Shown one piece after another: positions 28,178-38,000 of a stretch of DNA of 64,000 nucleotides. The notes under the pieces were generated by a model. That model made no database searches and had not been told where the DNA came from. It was given only the letters and a program-made list of their open reading frames with translations. The DNA comes from Verrucomicrobiota bacterium (GTDB lineage: Bacteria > Verrucomicrobiota > Kiritimatiellia > UBA8416 > JBHORK01), in NCBI GenBank assembly GCA_042565725.1, contig JBHORK010000001.1, positions 4,995-68,994 of the forward strand. The letters run 5' to 3'. A program made the translations under genes and the position numbers. The first letter of the stretch is position 1. Each line of letters opens with the position of its first letter.

Positions 28178-28906
28178 TCACTTCTTATAAGCATGCACAT
28201 GATATCCAAAGCACAAAAGTTCTGATGAGCCATTATCTTTTTTGCTGAAGCGTAAGAGCATTCGCTGCATAATCAAAACACTCAGCAATTCGAAGAACCT
28301 TGGCTTACTTTTTGAATAACGACTTGAAACAGAGGATATTCTGCAATTCTCCTGCGCGATATATTCAAAAAAATTACCGTTTGGGGTTATCTCGGTGATT
28401 TCTAAACCATTCTCAGTCAGGTGTTTTTCATACCAATACTTATTGAAACCTGTGCAGAAATGATACGGAGAGAAATGTGTCAACGAGCAGAATGGAGCAG
28501 TAATAATCAAGTGCCCTCCAGGTTTGAGTAAGCGTGAAAACTCTTTTATTGCTGGAACCGGATTGGGCAAATGCTCCAGAACTTCTATGCACATTACAGC
28601 ATCAAAAGATGAGTTGGGTTGAGGAATTGAAATAATATCACTGACTATATCCAGTTTTCCGTAATCAAACTCACTTAATTGCAGAGCCGAGGAGTCACCC
28701 TGCCCATCATACCTTCCGAAGTCTTGCGAAACATAATCCAAATGCTTGCAGAATTTGCGATAGCGCTGTGTTCCTGCTCCCGCATCCAATATTCTGCTGT
28801 TTTCAGGAATGGAACGAATTGTTTCTTCCAGCCACCGTTCACGCGTACCTTCATTGTTCACTCCAACGCTGGGTAAGAAAGATTTGAAAAAATTCATAAT
28901 TTTCAT
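28178..28906 (-). CDS. Class I SAM-dependent methyltransferase
   Basis: Motif I ILDAGAGTQRY; post-II/III region FDAVMCIEVLEHLPNP...LLKPGGHLIITAP. Confidence 0.8.
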   Translation of the reverse strand: MKIMNFFKSFLPSVGVNNEGTRERWLEETIRSIPENSRILDAGAGTQRYRKFCKHLDYVSQDFGRYDGQGDSSALQLSEFDYGKLDIVSDIISIPQPNSSFDAVMCIEVLEHLPNPVPAIKEFSRLLKPGGHLIITAPFCSLTHFSPYHFCTGFNKYWYEKHLTENGLEITEITPNGNFFEYIAQENCRISSVSSRYSKSKPRFFELLSVLIMQRMLLRFSKKDNGSSELLCFGYHVHAYKK

Positions 28907-28916
28907 ATTTTAGCCT

Positions 28917-29798
28917 TTACCTCTTCTGCCATCCTTCCGGCAAAAGATCATCCATGTTTCTTGACGCCTGTATTTTTTCGCTGAACCACTGCTTGGGAGC
29001 AAACACCTTCTTGTCTTTCCGCGGGTTCAGCCATGTGCCCCACCATGAAAACGTGCTGTTGGCAATTATGTGATGTTTACATTGACTTATGAGTCGCAGG
29101 TCCTCGTGCGCTTTATCAGGACCATTATGATCACAAACTATTGTATCATAGGATAACTTCAGGTTATTCCGTGCCCATTCAGGATCATCACCAAAAACAA
29201 AGAAATGCGGATCCTTCACACTCTCTGCTGTCTGTTCCACACACTGCAAATAGTAATCAGGACCGCACGTTACAAAAAACTTCGCGAATTTTGGATTGGT
29301 TAAATAATCGCCGCGACGGATGTGAATACTTACTGAGTCTGTCGATACAATTTTTTCTGATATCTCTCTGTTTTTACTTGTTTGAGGAGTTTTTACTGTA
29401 AACTCCTGACGAATGATTTTCTCAATATCAACAAAATATTTTTCGCTTACCCAATGGCCATTCAGATAAACACCGTCTGTCAGACTGAGTATGGAGGGAT
29501 TGAAATGAAAGTGTCTTTCGCTGATCCATGCAGAAGACATGACAGGCTTTTGCAAAAGACAGGAGATCAGTCGGCCGGCCCGCCCGCGTTTTTTATCCAG
29601 CAATTCTTTAATCTCCGCTTGGCTGGCAAATTTTTCATGAATATTGAAATTTCCAAGCCAGTACTCGCGGTCCTTGTAATCTTTGAACCCGGAAATATCG
29701 AGTTTTAGATCAACCCCCAGCTTATAGGCTAACCGTCGGGCCGCAGCATATTGAAACATCTGGTTGCCTAAACCGCCTATAAGTCTAACAATAATCAT
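28917..29798 (-). CDS. GT11 alpha-1,2-fucosyltransferase
   Basis: N-terminus MIIVRLIGGLGNQMFQYAAARRLA matches the GT11 signature (GGLGNQMFQYA). Confidence 0.85.
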   Translation of the reverse strand: MIIVRLIGGLGNQMFQYAAARRLAYKLGVDLKLDISGFKDYKDREYWLGNFNIHEKFASQAEIKELLDKKRGRAGRLISCLLQKPVMSSAWISERHFHFNPSILSLTDGVYLNGHWVSEKYFVDIEKIIRQEFTVKTPQTSKNREISEKIVSTDSVSIHIRRGDYLTNPKFAKFFVTCGPDYYLQCVEQTAESVKDPHFFVFGDDPEWARNNLKLSYDTIVCDHNGPDKAHEDLRLISQCKHHIIANSTFSWWGTWLNPRKDKKVFAPKQWFSEKIQASRNMDDLLPEGWQKR

Positions 29799-29810
29799 TG
29801 CTTAATCATC

Positions 29811-30605
29811 TCATATAGCCGTAAATATAAATAGTCCGCATGCATATTTTGCATCGCGGTAGTCATCCATCTCACAATTCTCTATCAAACGGCCCTTATC
29901 GTCTATGACGGAAAATTCCACCAGTTTCATTCCTTGGCAAAGAGAAACAACTTCGGGAGGATCAATAACCCTATGCGCATTAAAGCATACCCGCGGCTTC
30001 CCTATAGGCAGCGAAAGATATAGCATTCCGCCGGACGCTGTCACACGAGCCAATTCCCTGCATGCTTTGACTGTACCTTCTGTATCAAGTGGATCGCCAT
30101 AGCGGCCAAGCCCAACATGCTCCACAACATGCAGACAGGAAATTGACTCAACACTGTTATCCTCAAGCGGCAGATCCAGAACACTTCCAGACCGGCATTC
30201 AAGATTTTTAACCTCAACAGGCAATGGACGAAGATCAATAGAAACAACTGGAACGAAAGTTGTAAGCCATCCGACCCAGCTGTTATCAGAACCTATATCA
30301 ACATGTTTTTTCGGTCGCCGCTCAAAAACCCGACGCATGGCCCAATACCCTTGATAAAAATACTGCGGGTCAACGTCAGTTGTGCTGGTTTTGTCATATA
30401 AACACGGATAACTGTTCAGAAGTGACAGCCGTTCACGTTTTCTTCGGAGAAGACCGCTGAACTTAATCCAATCCGACCAATACCGTGCCATCCGTACCGG
30501 CCAAGTCAGTATGCTTGCAGGCCTGAATAGTGTGGCATGCCACCTGCGGGAAACCGATCGAGCACTACTAGCCAAACTGTCCTTTTTATCTGTCATATAT
30601 TTCAT
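29811..30605 (-). CDS. Putative SAM methyltransferase (DUF268-like)
   Basis: DIGSDNSWVGWL...VLDLPLEDNSVESISCLHVVEHVGLGRYGD Rossmann-like pattern. Confidence 0.5.
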   Translation of the reverse strand: MKYMTDKKDSLASSARSVSRRWHATLFRPASILTWPVRMARYWSDWIKFSGLLRRKRERLSLLNSYPCLYDKTSTTDVDPQYFYQGYWAMRRVFERRPKKHVDIGSDNSWVGWLTTFVPVVSIDLRPLPVEVKNLECRSGSVLDLPLEDNSVESISCLHVVEHVGLGRYGDPLDTEGTVKACRELARVTASGGMLYLSLPIGKPRVCFNAHRVIDPPEVVSLCQGMKLVEFSVIDDKGRLIENCEMDDYRDAKYACGLFIFTAI

Positions 30606-30674
30606 CCGTTTCTTATTCCTTGATTCATATAACTCTTTTTTAGTGCTTTTTGCGGTTAAATAATTTCTCTTCTC

Positions 30675-31580
30675 TTAATCTGTGTATCTGTGGTTTCTCG
30701 CGCCATCCAACCTTCTTATAAATGAATCAAAATAGGTACGCAAAATTTTAAAGTGTCTCGCGAAATTAAATAAATGCAGAATCATAAACTGACGACACAT
30801 CTTACTCGGATCATTAAATGATATTTTTTGTTTTGCACCCGTTCTTTCATCGCTCTCCGGATTGTAGAAAACGCCTTCCCATCTTTTCAGATACGCTTTC
30901 CAGTCAGCCTTCTGCCGTGAAAAATTGGACTGCCGCAACCTAACGTTCGCGTGATGATAGTGTTCAATGAAAGACTGCTTGCAATCAACCACCTCATATC
31001 CTTTATCCCACATCTTCAAGCATAAATCACCATCGGCATGATAAAACTGATATCGCTTTTCATCAATCCAGCTGACCGTTTCAAGCGCCTCCCGTAAATA
31101 CATGCCGTGATTAACAAACATCTTGCCTCCGAGTGTTGAACCAACCCAATACTCATTTCTTCCCGGCCAATCACGCCAGTAAAATGCGACTGCCCCTATT
31201 TTACGTCCATCCCTCAACAGTTTCTCAAACATTTCATAACCATTTTGAATTGAATCCGGAACGACCAGACAGTCGTCACTGATCATACAAACATACTTGC
31301 CGCGTGCCGCCTGAAATCCCTTGTTCATGAAACAGCCCCACGACTGCAGTTTATCCGGATCGGTTGGTCTCTCTTTATTGCCGTATTGGTTAATTACATG
31401 AATATCTTTTCTTGTTTTCAGATACTTCAGAGTTCCATCAGTTGAGCCGCCGTCAACCGCGATAATCTCATATGGCACATTGATGTTGTTGTCGCTGACG
31501 CTCTTAAGTGTTTTCTTTAGAAACCTTTTTCTATTATAAGTACCCAGAACAATAGAGACTGATATTTTATCTTTTTTCAT
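30675..31580 (-). CDS. GT2 family glycosyltransferase
   Basis: ISVSIVLGTYNRKRFLKKTLKSV...IIAVDGGSTDGT; DxD-like ISDDC. Confidence 0.8.
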   Translation of the reverse strand: MKKDKISVSIVLGTYNRKRFLKKTLKSVSDNNINVPYEIIAVDGGSTDGTLKYLKTRKDIHVINQYGNKERPTDPDKLQSWGCFMNKGFQAARGKYVCMISDDCLVVPDSIQNGYEMFEKLLRDGRKIGAVAFYWRDWPGRNEYWVGSTLGGKMFVNHGMYLREALETVSWIDEKRYQFYHADGDLCLKMWDKGYEVVDCKQSFIEHYHHANVRLRQSNFSRQKADWKAYLKRWEGVFYNPESDERTGAKQKISFNDPSKMCRQFMILHLFNFARHFKILRTYFDSFIRRLDGARNHRYTD

Positions 31581-32638
31581 ATTATCTCACTGCGCAGCAT
31601 GAAATCGGCCAGACCCGATATAGTTCCTTGCCATTGTTTGAACCCTGTGTAATGCGCCTTAAGCGCAGTATTGCCTATTCCCTTTAAATCAAGACAAGCT
31701 ATTTTATCCCAGTCCTGTTTTATGGATAAAGGAAAATAATGATACTTCCCCGGACCGGAGAACAAATGTGACGCGTAAGAACCAAAGATTCTTTTTATCC
31801 TGAATGACAAGTCTTTTTCATGTGGGGCCGGAAACAAATAGCCGGATTCACAATGTTTTATGTATTCGTTCATTGTAGGTTTGTCAAAAGCAAAAACCGC
31901 GCAGCCCCTTGCCATTGCTTCAAGAAAAGTTAAACCAACGCCTTCCCTTAGTCGAGGTGCTAAAAGGATATTAGCCTCCCGCATTCCAGCCAGATATTCA
32001 TCGCGCGAAAGATTGGCAGGCAGTTCTTTTACAATTGTTTTGCCTAATCGTGACGGTAACGGATAAGAAACGCTGCTGTTCAACGACGGATCAGTCTGCG
32101 CGCGGAATATCAACCTGTCTATATTGAGGACTGAACAAAACTTTTCCAGGAAGCGAGGGTTCGTTATCCCGCGACGGTTCCAATAAGCCAGGACCCGTTT
32201 GTCGCTCCATTGTGCGGCATGATATTGTGAAGGATCACAATAATAACAAGCTCTAAAAACGTGCAAGCCGGCCCTTTCAGCCTTTTGGGCAACTGCATCG
32301 GAGAAAGCTATTATACGTACATTTATCGATAGCGTATCCCACCATGATTGATTGTAGTTGTAAGCCTGGTCCCACATGGGTACCCATACAATCTTGACGT
32401 CTTTTTTGCTTGAGAGATCAGGAGGCGGAGGGAACATGCAGAAAATAAAAGGTTTAGCGCCGGGTGCATGGTCCGACGGATCAAATTTCTTGCCGTCCCA
32501 GGCCGTAAGTTTTAAATCGATATGTTCACGCAGTGGATTTACCAGTATATCGCTGAACGCGGAACTTACATTAACGTGCCATTCAGGACAATATGCGCAA
32601 ACAGTCTGAGCCATTAGTATTTCCTCGGTTTTGCTCAA
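31577..32638 (-). CDS. GT4-like (GT-B) glycosyltransferase
   Basis: C-terminal REGVGLTFLEAMARGCAVFAFD motif; 4-bp overlap with the downstream GT2. Confidence 0.65.
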   Translation of the reverse strand: MSKTEEILMAQTVCAYCPEWHVNVSSAFSDILVNPLREHIDLKLTAWDGKKFDPSDHAPGAKPFIFCMFPPPPDLSSKKDVKIVWVPMWDQAYNYNQSWWDTLSINVRIIAFSDAVAQKAERAGLHVFRACYYCDPSQYHAAQWSDKRVLAYWNRRGITNPRFLEKFCSVLNIDRLIFRAQTDPSLNSSVSYPLPSRLGKTIVKELPANLSRDEYLAGMREANILLAPRLREGVGLTFLEAMARGCAVFAFDKPTMNEYIKHCESGYLFPAPHEKDLSFRIKRIFGSYASHLFSGPGKYHYFPLSIKQDWDKIACLDLKGIGNTALKAHYTGFKQWQGTISGLADFMLRSEII

Positions 32639-32662
32639 CCTCTGAACCGGTAATATTTGCAG

Positions 32663-33430
32663 TTACGATTCGGCCGAAATAACGGGAACGAGAGAAAAAG
32701 TATTTTCGGTCGGCGTATCTGTAACAGTAAATGGTCCTTCAAAGGGACCATTTAAGCAATTCCATTCGTATTTAAACCCAAGACCAACAAGGATCGCATC
32801 CAATTCTGACATTGTCCATTCACGCAGATGCCAGTAATTCCTGGGTTGCCCGTTTGGAAGCGTGTTTTGGGGCTGACGATTCGGAGTGGTAATAAAAATC
32901 GATCGCCGAGCCACCCTTGCCATTTCTAACAACATACCTTTGTAATTCTCTGTATGCTCAATGACTTCCACGCATGTTACGACATCAAAAGTCTTGTCTT
33001 CGAAAGGAAGGCGTTTGCCATCATATAACATAACTTTTCTGATATGCGGATGTTCTTCAAATATCCGACAGCCACGCTTTACAGCTAAGGGGTCTACATC
33101 GATTCCGACAAGATTATTCACCTTGGCAGCCATAATCTGCAAGCCGTATCCCAGCCCAAACCCCAGGTCAAGTATGGTGTCTGTTGGTTTCAGATATTTG
33201 TCCCGGCAAAGAAGATAAGCTTCGACCTGGGCCGGAACCTCCAATGGATTATCAAGGGTGGAATACTCAGAAGGATGCAGCAGAGAGGAAGGTTGCGCGC
33301 AACACTTCAAAAAACGGTTCCACACTGCCCGAATGCCGGCAGTGATTATTGGGGGGATAATGCTGACGGCGATCTTTTGCGCATACTCCTTCAAATGTCT
33401 CATGAAATCACTTGCCTTTCTAATGTTCAC
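32663..33430 (-). CDS. Class I SAM-dependent methyltransferase
   Basis: ILDLGFGLGYGLQIMA motif I; FDVVTCVEVIEHTENY. Confidence 0.8.
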   Translation of the reverse strand: MNIRKASDFMRHLKEYAQKIAVSIIPPIITAGIRAVWNRFLKCCAQPSSLLHPSEYSTLDNPLEVPAQVEAYLLCRDKYLKPTDTILDLGFGLGYGLQIMAAKVNNLVGIDVDPLAVKRGCRIFEEHPHIRKVMLYDGKRLPFEDKTFDVVTCVEVIEHTENYKGMLLEMARVARRSIFITTPNRQPQNTLPNGQPRNYWHLREWTMSELDAILVGLGFKYEWNCLNGPFEGPFTVTDTPTENTFSLVPVISAES

Positions 33431-35439
33431 TTTACGTTTTTTTGCCCGATAAAGTAAATAGAGTTAAACATATAAACATCGGTAGGAATAATTACATGTT
33501 TTCTGAACAGCTCGTTATAATTTTTGGACAGAAATTCTAATATTACATCTTCCGCTACACGGAGCGGATGGCCCGCGTCGTAAATCTTGCCGGTAAGAAC
33601 GTTAATTGCTTCGTTTTTAATGAGTTTATCATGAAATATCAGAATCCCGCCCGGCGCCGTAAGTGAAATAATATGTTCAAAAACTTTGGGTGCAAGAAAA
33701 CAATGTTCAAGCACATTGATCATAACAACCAGGTCAAATCTCTTATCGCTGGTAAAATTCTCAATCGGTTTAGCAATCGCATGGACTTTCCTGCCAAACC
33801 ATCCACCAAGCCGCTTGTGTTTATACGCGCAGTGCTGATGAGACAGATAGCTGTTGATAAGCGGATCGAGCAGTGTCACTTCGCCGCATTTGATATGCTT
33901 CAGAATACGGGCCATGTTGGTAAATGGGCCGCAGCCTATCTCAATGGCTTTGTCAAAATACATGCCCTGAATAGTTTTATAGTTGTCAAAATGTTTCTCA
34001 TGCTCACTGTTTCGATCTTCTCGGGCTTTACATCCGGCTTCCATCCATGTTCTTTGTTCGTAACGCTGTGCTTCTTTCCAGCGCCCCATATCTACCTGGG
34101 TAATGCCCTGTCGCTCTTGAAGAAATCGTTTGTCGTTCCTTGACGCAAGATTAGTTGTCGCGTCGTTACCAACAGAGATATTAAGATGTTCGTCAACGAA
34201 AAACGACTCCATTCTGGTTTCTCGCTTGTCCGTTTTGCGATCAATAACATGGCGTATAGCATTCTTCATATTTAGCGAGAAAACATCAGCAGAAAATTTC
34301 GCAATTGCCGCTTTTCGTGTTCGTTGAGCCATTTCTTCGCACCATTCCGGCGGGCGTTGTGACAGGTCTTTAACGGCTTCTACAATTCCTTCTATAGAAC
34401 AGGTGTTCAGGGTAATGCCATAGTCATTTGTGTCTATATTTGTTTCCTGGCTTACCACAGGGATTAAACCCTGATGCATACACTCCACCGCAGATCCCGG
34501 TTGGCCTTCGGCACAAAATGGCTGAATTACAAAAGCGCACTTGTCCGCTAATTCGTAGAACTGTGAACTTCTTGCTGGAACCAGCCCGACCAGATGAATG
34601 TTTGGATAATCGTTAAGTTCGCGCCTGTAAAGTTTGTAAAATCCAGGACTCATCCCCTGGCAAATATATAGATGTGTATCCATCTGGACAAACGCTTCAA
34701 GCAGGATGTCCAGGCCTTTATGAATATTCCCGCTGCCCGAGAAGAACAGGAAATTGCTTCGTGCAGCAGAAAAATTCTTTTTAATCTGATCATAATGATC
34801 ATCTGGATACGCAGCGTTATTTAAATTAAGAACAGAGGGAAATTGTGAGTATGATTCTCTGGCATGTTTGTTGCCTAAGCAAATGATCGCGTCTGCGGAG
34901 CGATTAGCATGTTCTTCACTGTGATTGATCCAGCGATCGTGGGGCAGGCGAACCCCGCGCCGTTCTTCAAGCTGGCGAAAACGTTCAGCTTCTTTCCTGT
35001 TAAAATCCTTCCAGTAAATACCTGTCGAAAAATATATTTTAATTGTGTCCACGGACAGGTTTCGCGCGATACCTTCAAAGTTATACCCACCATTGCCAAT
35101 GAAGAGGTCATAGCCCTTGCGGGGTACAAATTTAGTATCTGTGTATTGTATGACATCTACCGAGTAACCTAGTTCATTAAGAACATTCACAATACTGCGC
35201 GCGATTCCAGTATTACTGAATTGAACGTTGATAGGATCATCTGGAGATAATCTGAACGGGTCGGTTATATATGATAGTAAGGCCCGTTTCGATTGGTTGC
35301 TGTTGTTTGATGACGCGCCTGCATCATAAACGGGGGCGGGATGCTTCTGCCATCTTGCGCAAAGCCAATTCTTGACAGTTTTTGTGACTCCGCGCCGAAT
35401 GCCGGCTGAAATTAGATTTAAAATCTCCATATGTTTCAC
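33427..35439 (-). CDS. Fusion protein: N-terminal GT4 glycosyltransferase plus C-terminal class I SAM methyltransferase (670 aa)
   Basis: GT4 region ...FFSGSGNIHKGLDILLEAF...AEGQPGSAVECMHQGLIPVVSQ; MT region IEIGCGPFTNMARIL...FDLVVMINVLEHCF...APGGILIFHD. Confidence 0.7.
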   Translation of the reverse strand: MKHMEILNLISAGIRRGVTKTVKNWLCARWQKHPAPVYDAGASSNNSNQSKRALLSYITDPFRLSPDDPINVQFSNTGIARSIVNVLNELGYSVDVIQYTDTKFVPRKGYDLFIGNGGYNFEGIARNLSVDTIKIYFSTGIYWKDFNRKEAERFRQLEERRGVRLPHDRWINHSEEHANRSADAIICLGNKHARESYSQFPSVLNLNNAAYPDDHYDQIKKNFSAARSNFLFFSGSGNIHKGLDILLEAFVQMDTHLYICQGMSPGFYKLYRRELNDYPNIHLVGLVPARSSQFYELADKCAFVIQPFCAEGQPGSAVECMHQGLIPVVSQETNIDTNDYGITLNTCSIEGIVEAVKDLSQRPPEWCEEMAQRTRKAAIAKFSADVFSLNMKNAIRHVIDRKTDKRETRMESFFVDEHLNISVGNDATTNLASRNDKRFLQERQGITQVDMGRWKEAQRYEQRTWMEAGCKAREDRNSEHEKHFDNYKTIQGMYFDKAIEIGCGPFTNMARILKHIKCGEVTLLDPLINSYLSHQHCAYKHKRLGGWFGRKVHAIAKPIENFTSDKRFDLVVMINVLEHCFLAPKVFEHIISLTAPGGILIFHDKLIKNEAINVLTGKIYDAGHPLRVAEDVILEFLSKNYNELFRKHVIIPTDVYMFNSIYFIGQKNVK

Positions 35440-35529
35440 ATCTCAATATAATACGTTTGTAAAACCCAGAAACAGCCGGCTTATTGTACTGATGATAACA
35501 TGTCTCAATCGGCAACTTATTGAACAGGG

Positions 35530-36303
35530 TTACAGACCACTTCCTTTTTTAGCTTTGTCATTCCGCAAGATAATCAGATGATTCTTGCCACGAGGATCAG
35601 TGACTTTTTCCTTTTCAAGCGTAAAACCAGGAAGAAAGATTAGGTATTGTGTGGAAGTTTGTTTGATATTCACATGCATCCTGCTGTACCTAGATCTGTT
35701 GGAACTAATAGGGGTATCAATATATAGATGCCCCCCTGGTTTAAGTAGCCGAGCGACGTTGTTAAAGACAATCTTTAGCTCCCAGTCGAACAAATGTTCC
35801 GCAATATCTATCATCAAGATTCCATCAAACGGTTCTGTCTCGAATCTGGGAAGAAATTCCACAATATCTGCTTGAATGACTTCTGCTTTCCCAAGAATTT
35901 TACGGGAGATTTCAATAGCGGCAGTGCTGTAATCGACACTGACAACTCGTTTAGCTTTTTTCTTTAGATGAAGCGAGAGTTCCCCCCTTCCACAACCTAG
36001 ATTCAGGAATACGCCTCCATCTATATTTTGAATCTCGGCAAATACGGATGCTGATCTGCCTGACAGTTTCTCGCCTTGGCTTATCAAAAATTCTCGGCTT
36101 CCCTCACAGCCGTCAGGATCAAGATAATACTCTCTCGTATGGATATCCATGGGCACCTTCAGTTTCCGAAAGCCAGAGTATAATTGCAACACCCCTAACA
36201 TTGAGAGCAGTTCTAATAAATCACCGTTGCTTATACGCCTAATTGCCCTCCTGAAGGCAGTCAGAAAAGGTATTCGTCGTAATATGTTTTTTAATTGTTC
36301 CAC
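35530..36303 (-). CDS. Class I SAM-dependent methyltransferase
   Basis: FLNLGCGRGELSLHL motif I; FDGILMIDIAEHLFD...LLKPGGHLYIDTP. Confidence 0.8.
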   Translation of the reverse strand: MEQLKNILRRIPFLTAFRRAIRRISNGDLLELLSMLGVLQLYSGFRKLKVPMDIHTREYYLDPDGCEGSREFLISQGEKLSGRSASVFAEIQNIDGGVFLNLGCGRGELSLHLKKKAKRVVSVDYSTAAIEISRKILGKAEVIQADIVEFLPRFETEPFDGILMIDIAEHLFDWELKIVFNNVARLLKPGGHLYIDTPISSNRSRYSRMHVNIKQTSTQYLIFLPGFTLEKEKVTDPRGKNHLIILRNDKAKKGSGL

Positions 36304-36362
36304 ATTTCCATCAAATTAAAGATAAGATGAACCATTATGTAGTCTATTACACAAATGGTATA

Positions 36363-37667
36363 TTATTTAGTCTGTTCAGTTTTCCAATCTAAAACAGGTG
36401 CGATTACACCCTGCCTTCCCTGAGAGATCTTAGATTCTACGCTTCCGGTATCTATAACCTCAAACATAAGAACACGAGGCAGCTCATCCAGGATACGAAC
36501 GTTGGGGATGCTGGAAGCCACGTCAATATAGTAACGGCCAGGGCGAAGGTATTCAGGCGGAATATGACATTGGGCAATATACCGTCCCGGTTCGCGCTTT
36601 GTTGTTATGGATGAAGGATTGTTGTCCACATCCGTGCTGGTGAAAACACAGTGCCCACTGCTATTCCAAAGTATAAATCCAATATTGGCACTTCGAAAAG
36701 GGTGCAGTATTTCATATTCAATTTCTAGATTGCATCCTTCAATCAGGTCAACTTGGGCTGTAATCTCACCCATTGGTTTGCGAACGCGGACACAACTGAA
36801 ACGGAAATCATCACTCAATTTATGCCGCCTTTGTGGGGCTGTTGCCTCTCCGCTTAAGGTGATATCTGCGTTAAGATAATGATCTACCACGCTTTTAATT
36901 TTGCCTGTCTTAACTATATTACCATTATCTAATAGAATTCCCCTTGAACATAAATTCAGAACCGTTGCCATGTTATGGCTTACGAATAATACTGTGCGGC
37001 CTTCTTTGGCAACATCATTCATCCTGCCCAGGCATTTCTTCTGAAACGCTGTATCGCCAACGGCCAGCACTTCGTCGACAAGAAGAATATCCGGCTCCAG
37101 ATGAGCGGCCACGGAAAAGGCCAGACGCACATACATCCCGCTTGAGTAACGTTTGACAGGTGTATCTATGAACTTCTCAATCTCTGCAAAGCTTACGATT
37201 TCATCAAACTTCTTTTCTATTTCCGCCTTGCGCATCCCCAGTATCGCGCCATTAAGAAAGATGTTTTCGCGGCCCGTCAGTTCCGGATGAAAACCCGTGC
37301 CCACTTCGAGAAGGGAACCGATACGCCCACGGATATCCGCCTCTCCCTCAGTTGGCGCGGTAATACGTGACAGAATCTTTAATAACGTAGATTTCCCTGC
37401 TCCGTTGCGGCCAATTATACCCAGCACTTCTCCTTCCTTTATATCCAGATTAATATCCCGCAGGGCCCATATATAACCAGAAGCAGTATTTGTCGGACTG
37501 TCATCCGTGCCGCCGCTTATCAGTGTGTGTGCGGCACGTTTCGCTTTTCGGCTGTAATGACGCCCCATGGCCATCAGGACTTCACGAAACGTACGGGAAA
37601 AATCAACTGTCTCGCCCAGTCGATATCGCTTTCCCAAACCTCTTATACTTATTGCAGTCTCACTCAT
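36363..37667 (-). CDS. wzt: Polysaccharide ABC exporter ATP-binding protein with C-terminal carbohydrate-binding extension (Wzt plus Wzt_C-like)
   Basis: Walker A GIIGRNGAGKSTLLKIL, ABC signature YSSGMYVRLAF, Walker B LLVDEVLAVGD; about 170-aa C-terminal beta-rich extension like Wzt_C of O-antigen exporters. Confidence 0.8.
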   Translation of the reverse strand: MSETAISIRGLGKRYRLGETVDFSRTFREVLMAMGRHYSRKAKRAAHTLISGGTDDSPTNTASGYIWALRDINLDIKEGEVLGIIGRNGAGKSTLLKILSRITAPTEGEADIRGRIGSLLEVGTGFHPELTGRENIFLNGAILGMRKAEIEKKFDEIVSFAEIEKFIDTPVKRYSSGMYVRLAFSVAAHLEPDILLVDEVLAVGDTAFQKKCLGRMNDVAKEGRTVLFVSHNMATVLNLCSRGILLDNGNIVKTGKIKSVVDHYLNADITLSGEATAPQRRHKLSDDFRFSCVRVRKPMGEITAQVDLIEGCNLEIEYEILHPFRSANIGFILWNSSGHCVFTSTDVDNNPSSITTKREPGRYIAQCHIPPEYLRPGRYYIDVASSIPNVRILDELPRVLMFEVIDTGSVESKISQGRQGVIAPVLDWKTEQTK

Positions 37668-37671
37668 AAAG

Positions 37672-37995
37672 TGTATCTCGTATTGCGTGAAGCGTATTTC
37701 GTATCTTGTTTTCCGCTTATTATAATTTCTTTATTAAATTTCTTGTCATTCGCGGTCGAAATCGGGATTGGGATCGCTATCGAGAAACAATATGGGACTT
37801 GGGTACGGGAAATGGGATGTTTGTCGTTTGAGAATAAGTGAAAGAACAATCTTCTTGTTATAAAACAGGGAAAATCGATTTCGATAGCGATAGCGATTTC
37901 GACGAGGTGTAACCATATGCCCAAATCCCTGAAGTTTCTTGTCTTAGTTTCTCCGCTTTTCATGTTTCCTTTTCACTCTTCACGAAATACGCTTC
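37672..37995. mobile_element. MITE-like ~325-bp structured element with perfect 17-bp terminal inverted repeats, inserted between wzt and wzm
   Basis: Left end cgtgaagcgtatttcgt, right end acgaaatacgcttcacg (exact reverse complement); nested internal inverted repeats gtcgaaatcg...atcgctatcga / tcgatagcgat...cgatttcgac; no ORF. Confidence 0.6.
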
Positions 37996-38000
37996 ACGTT

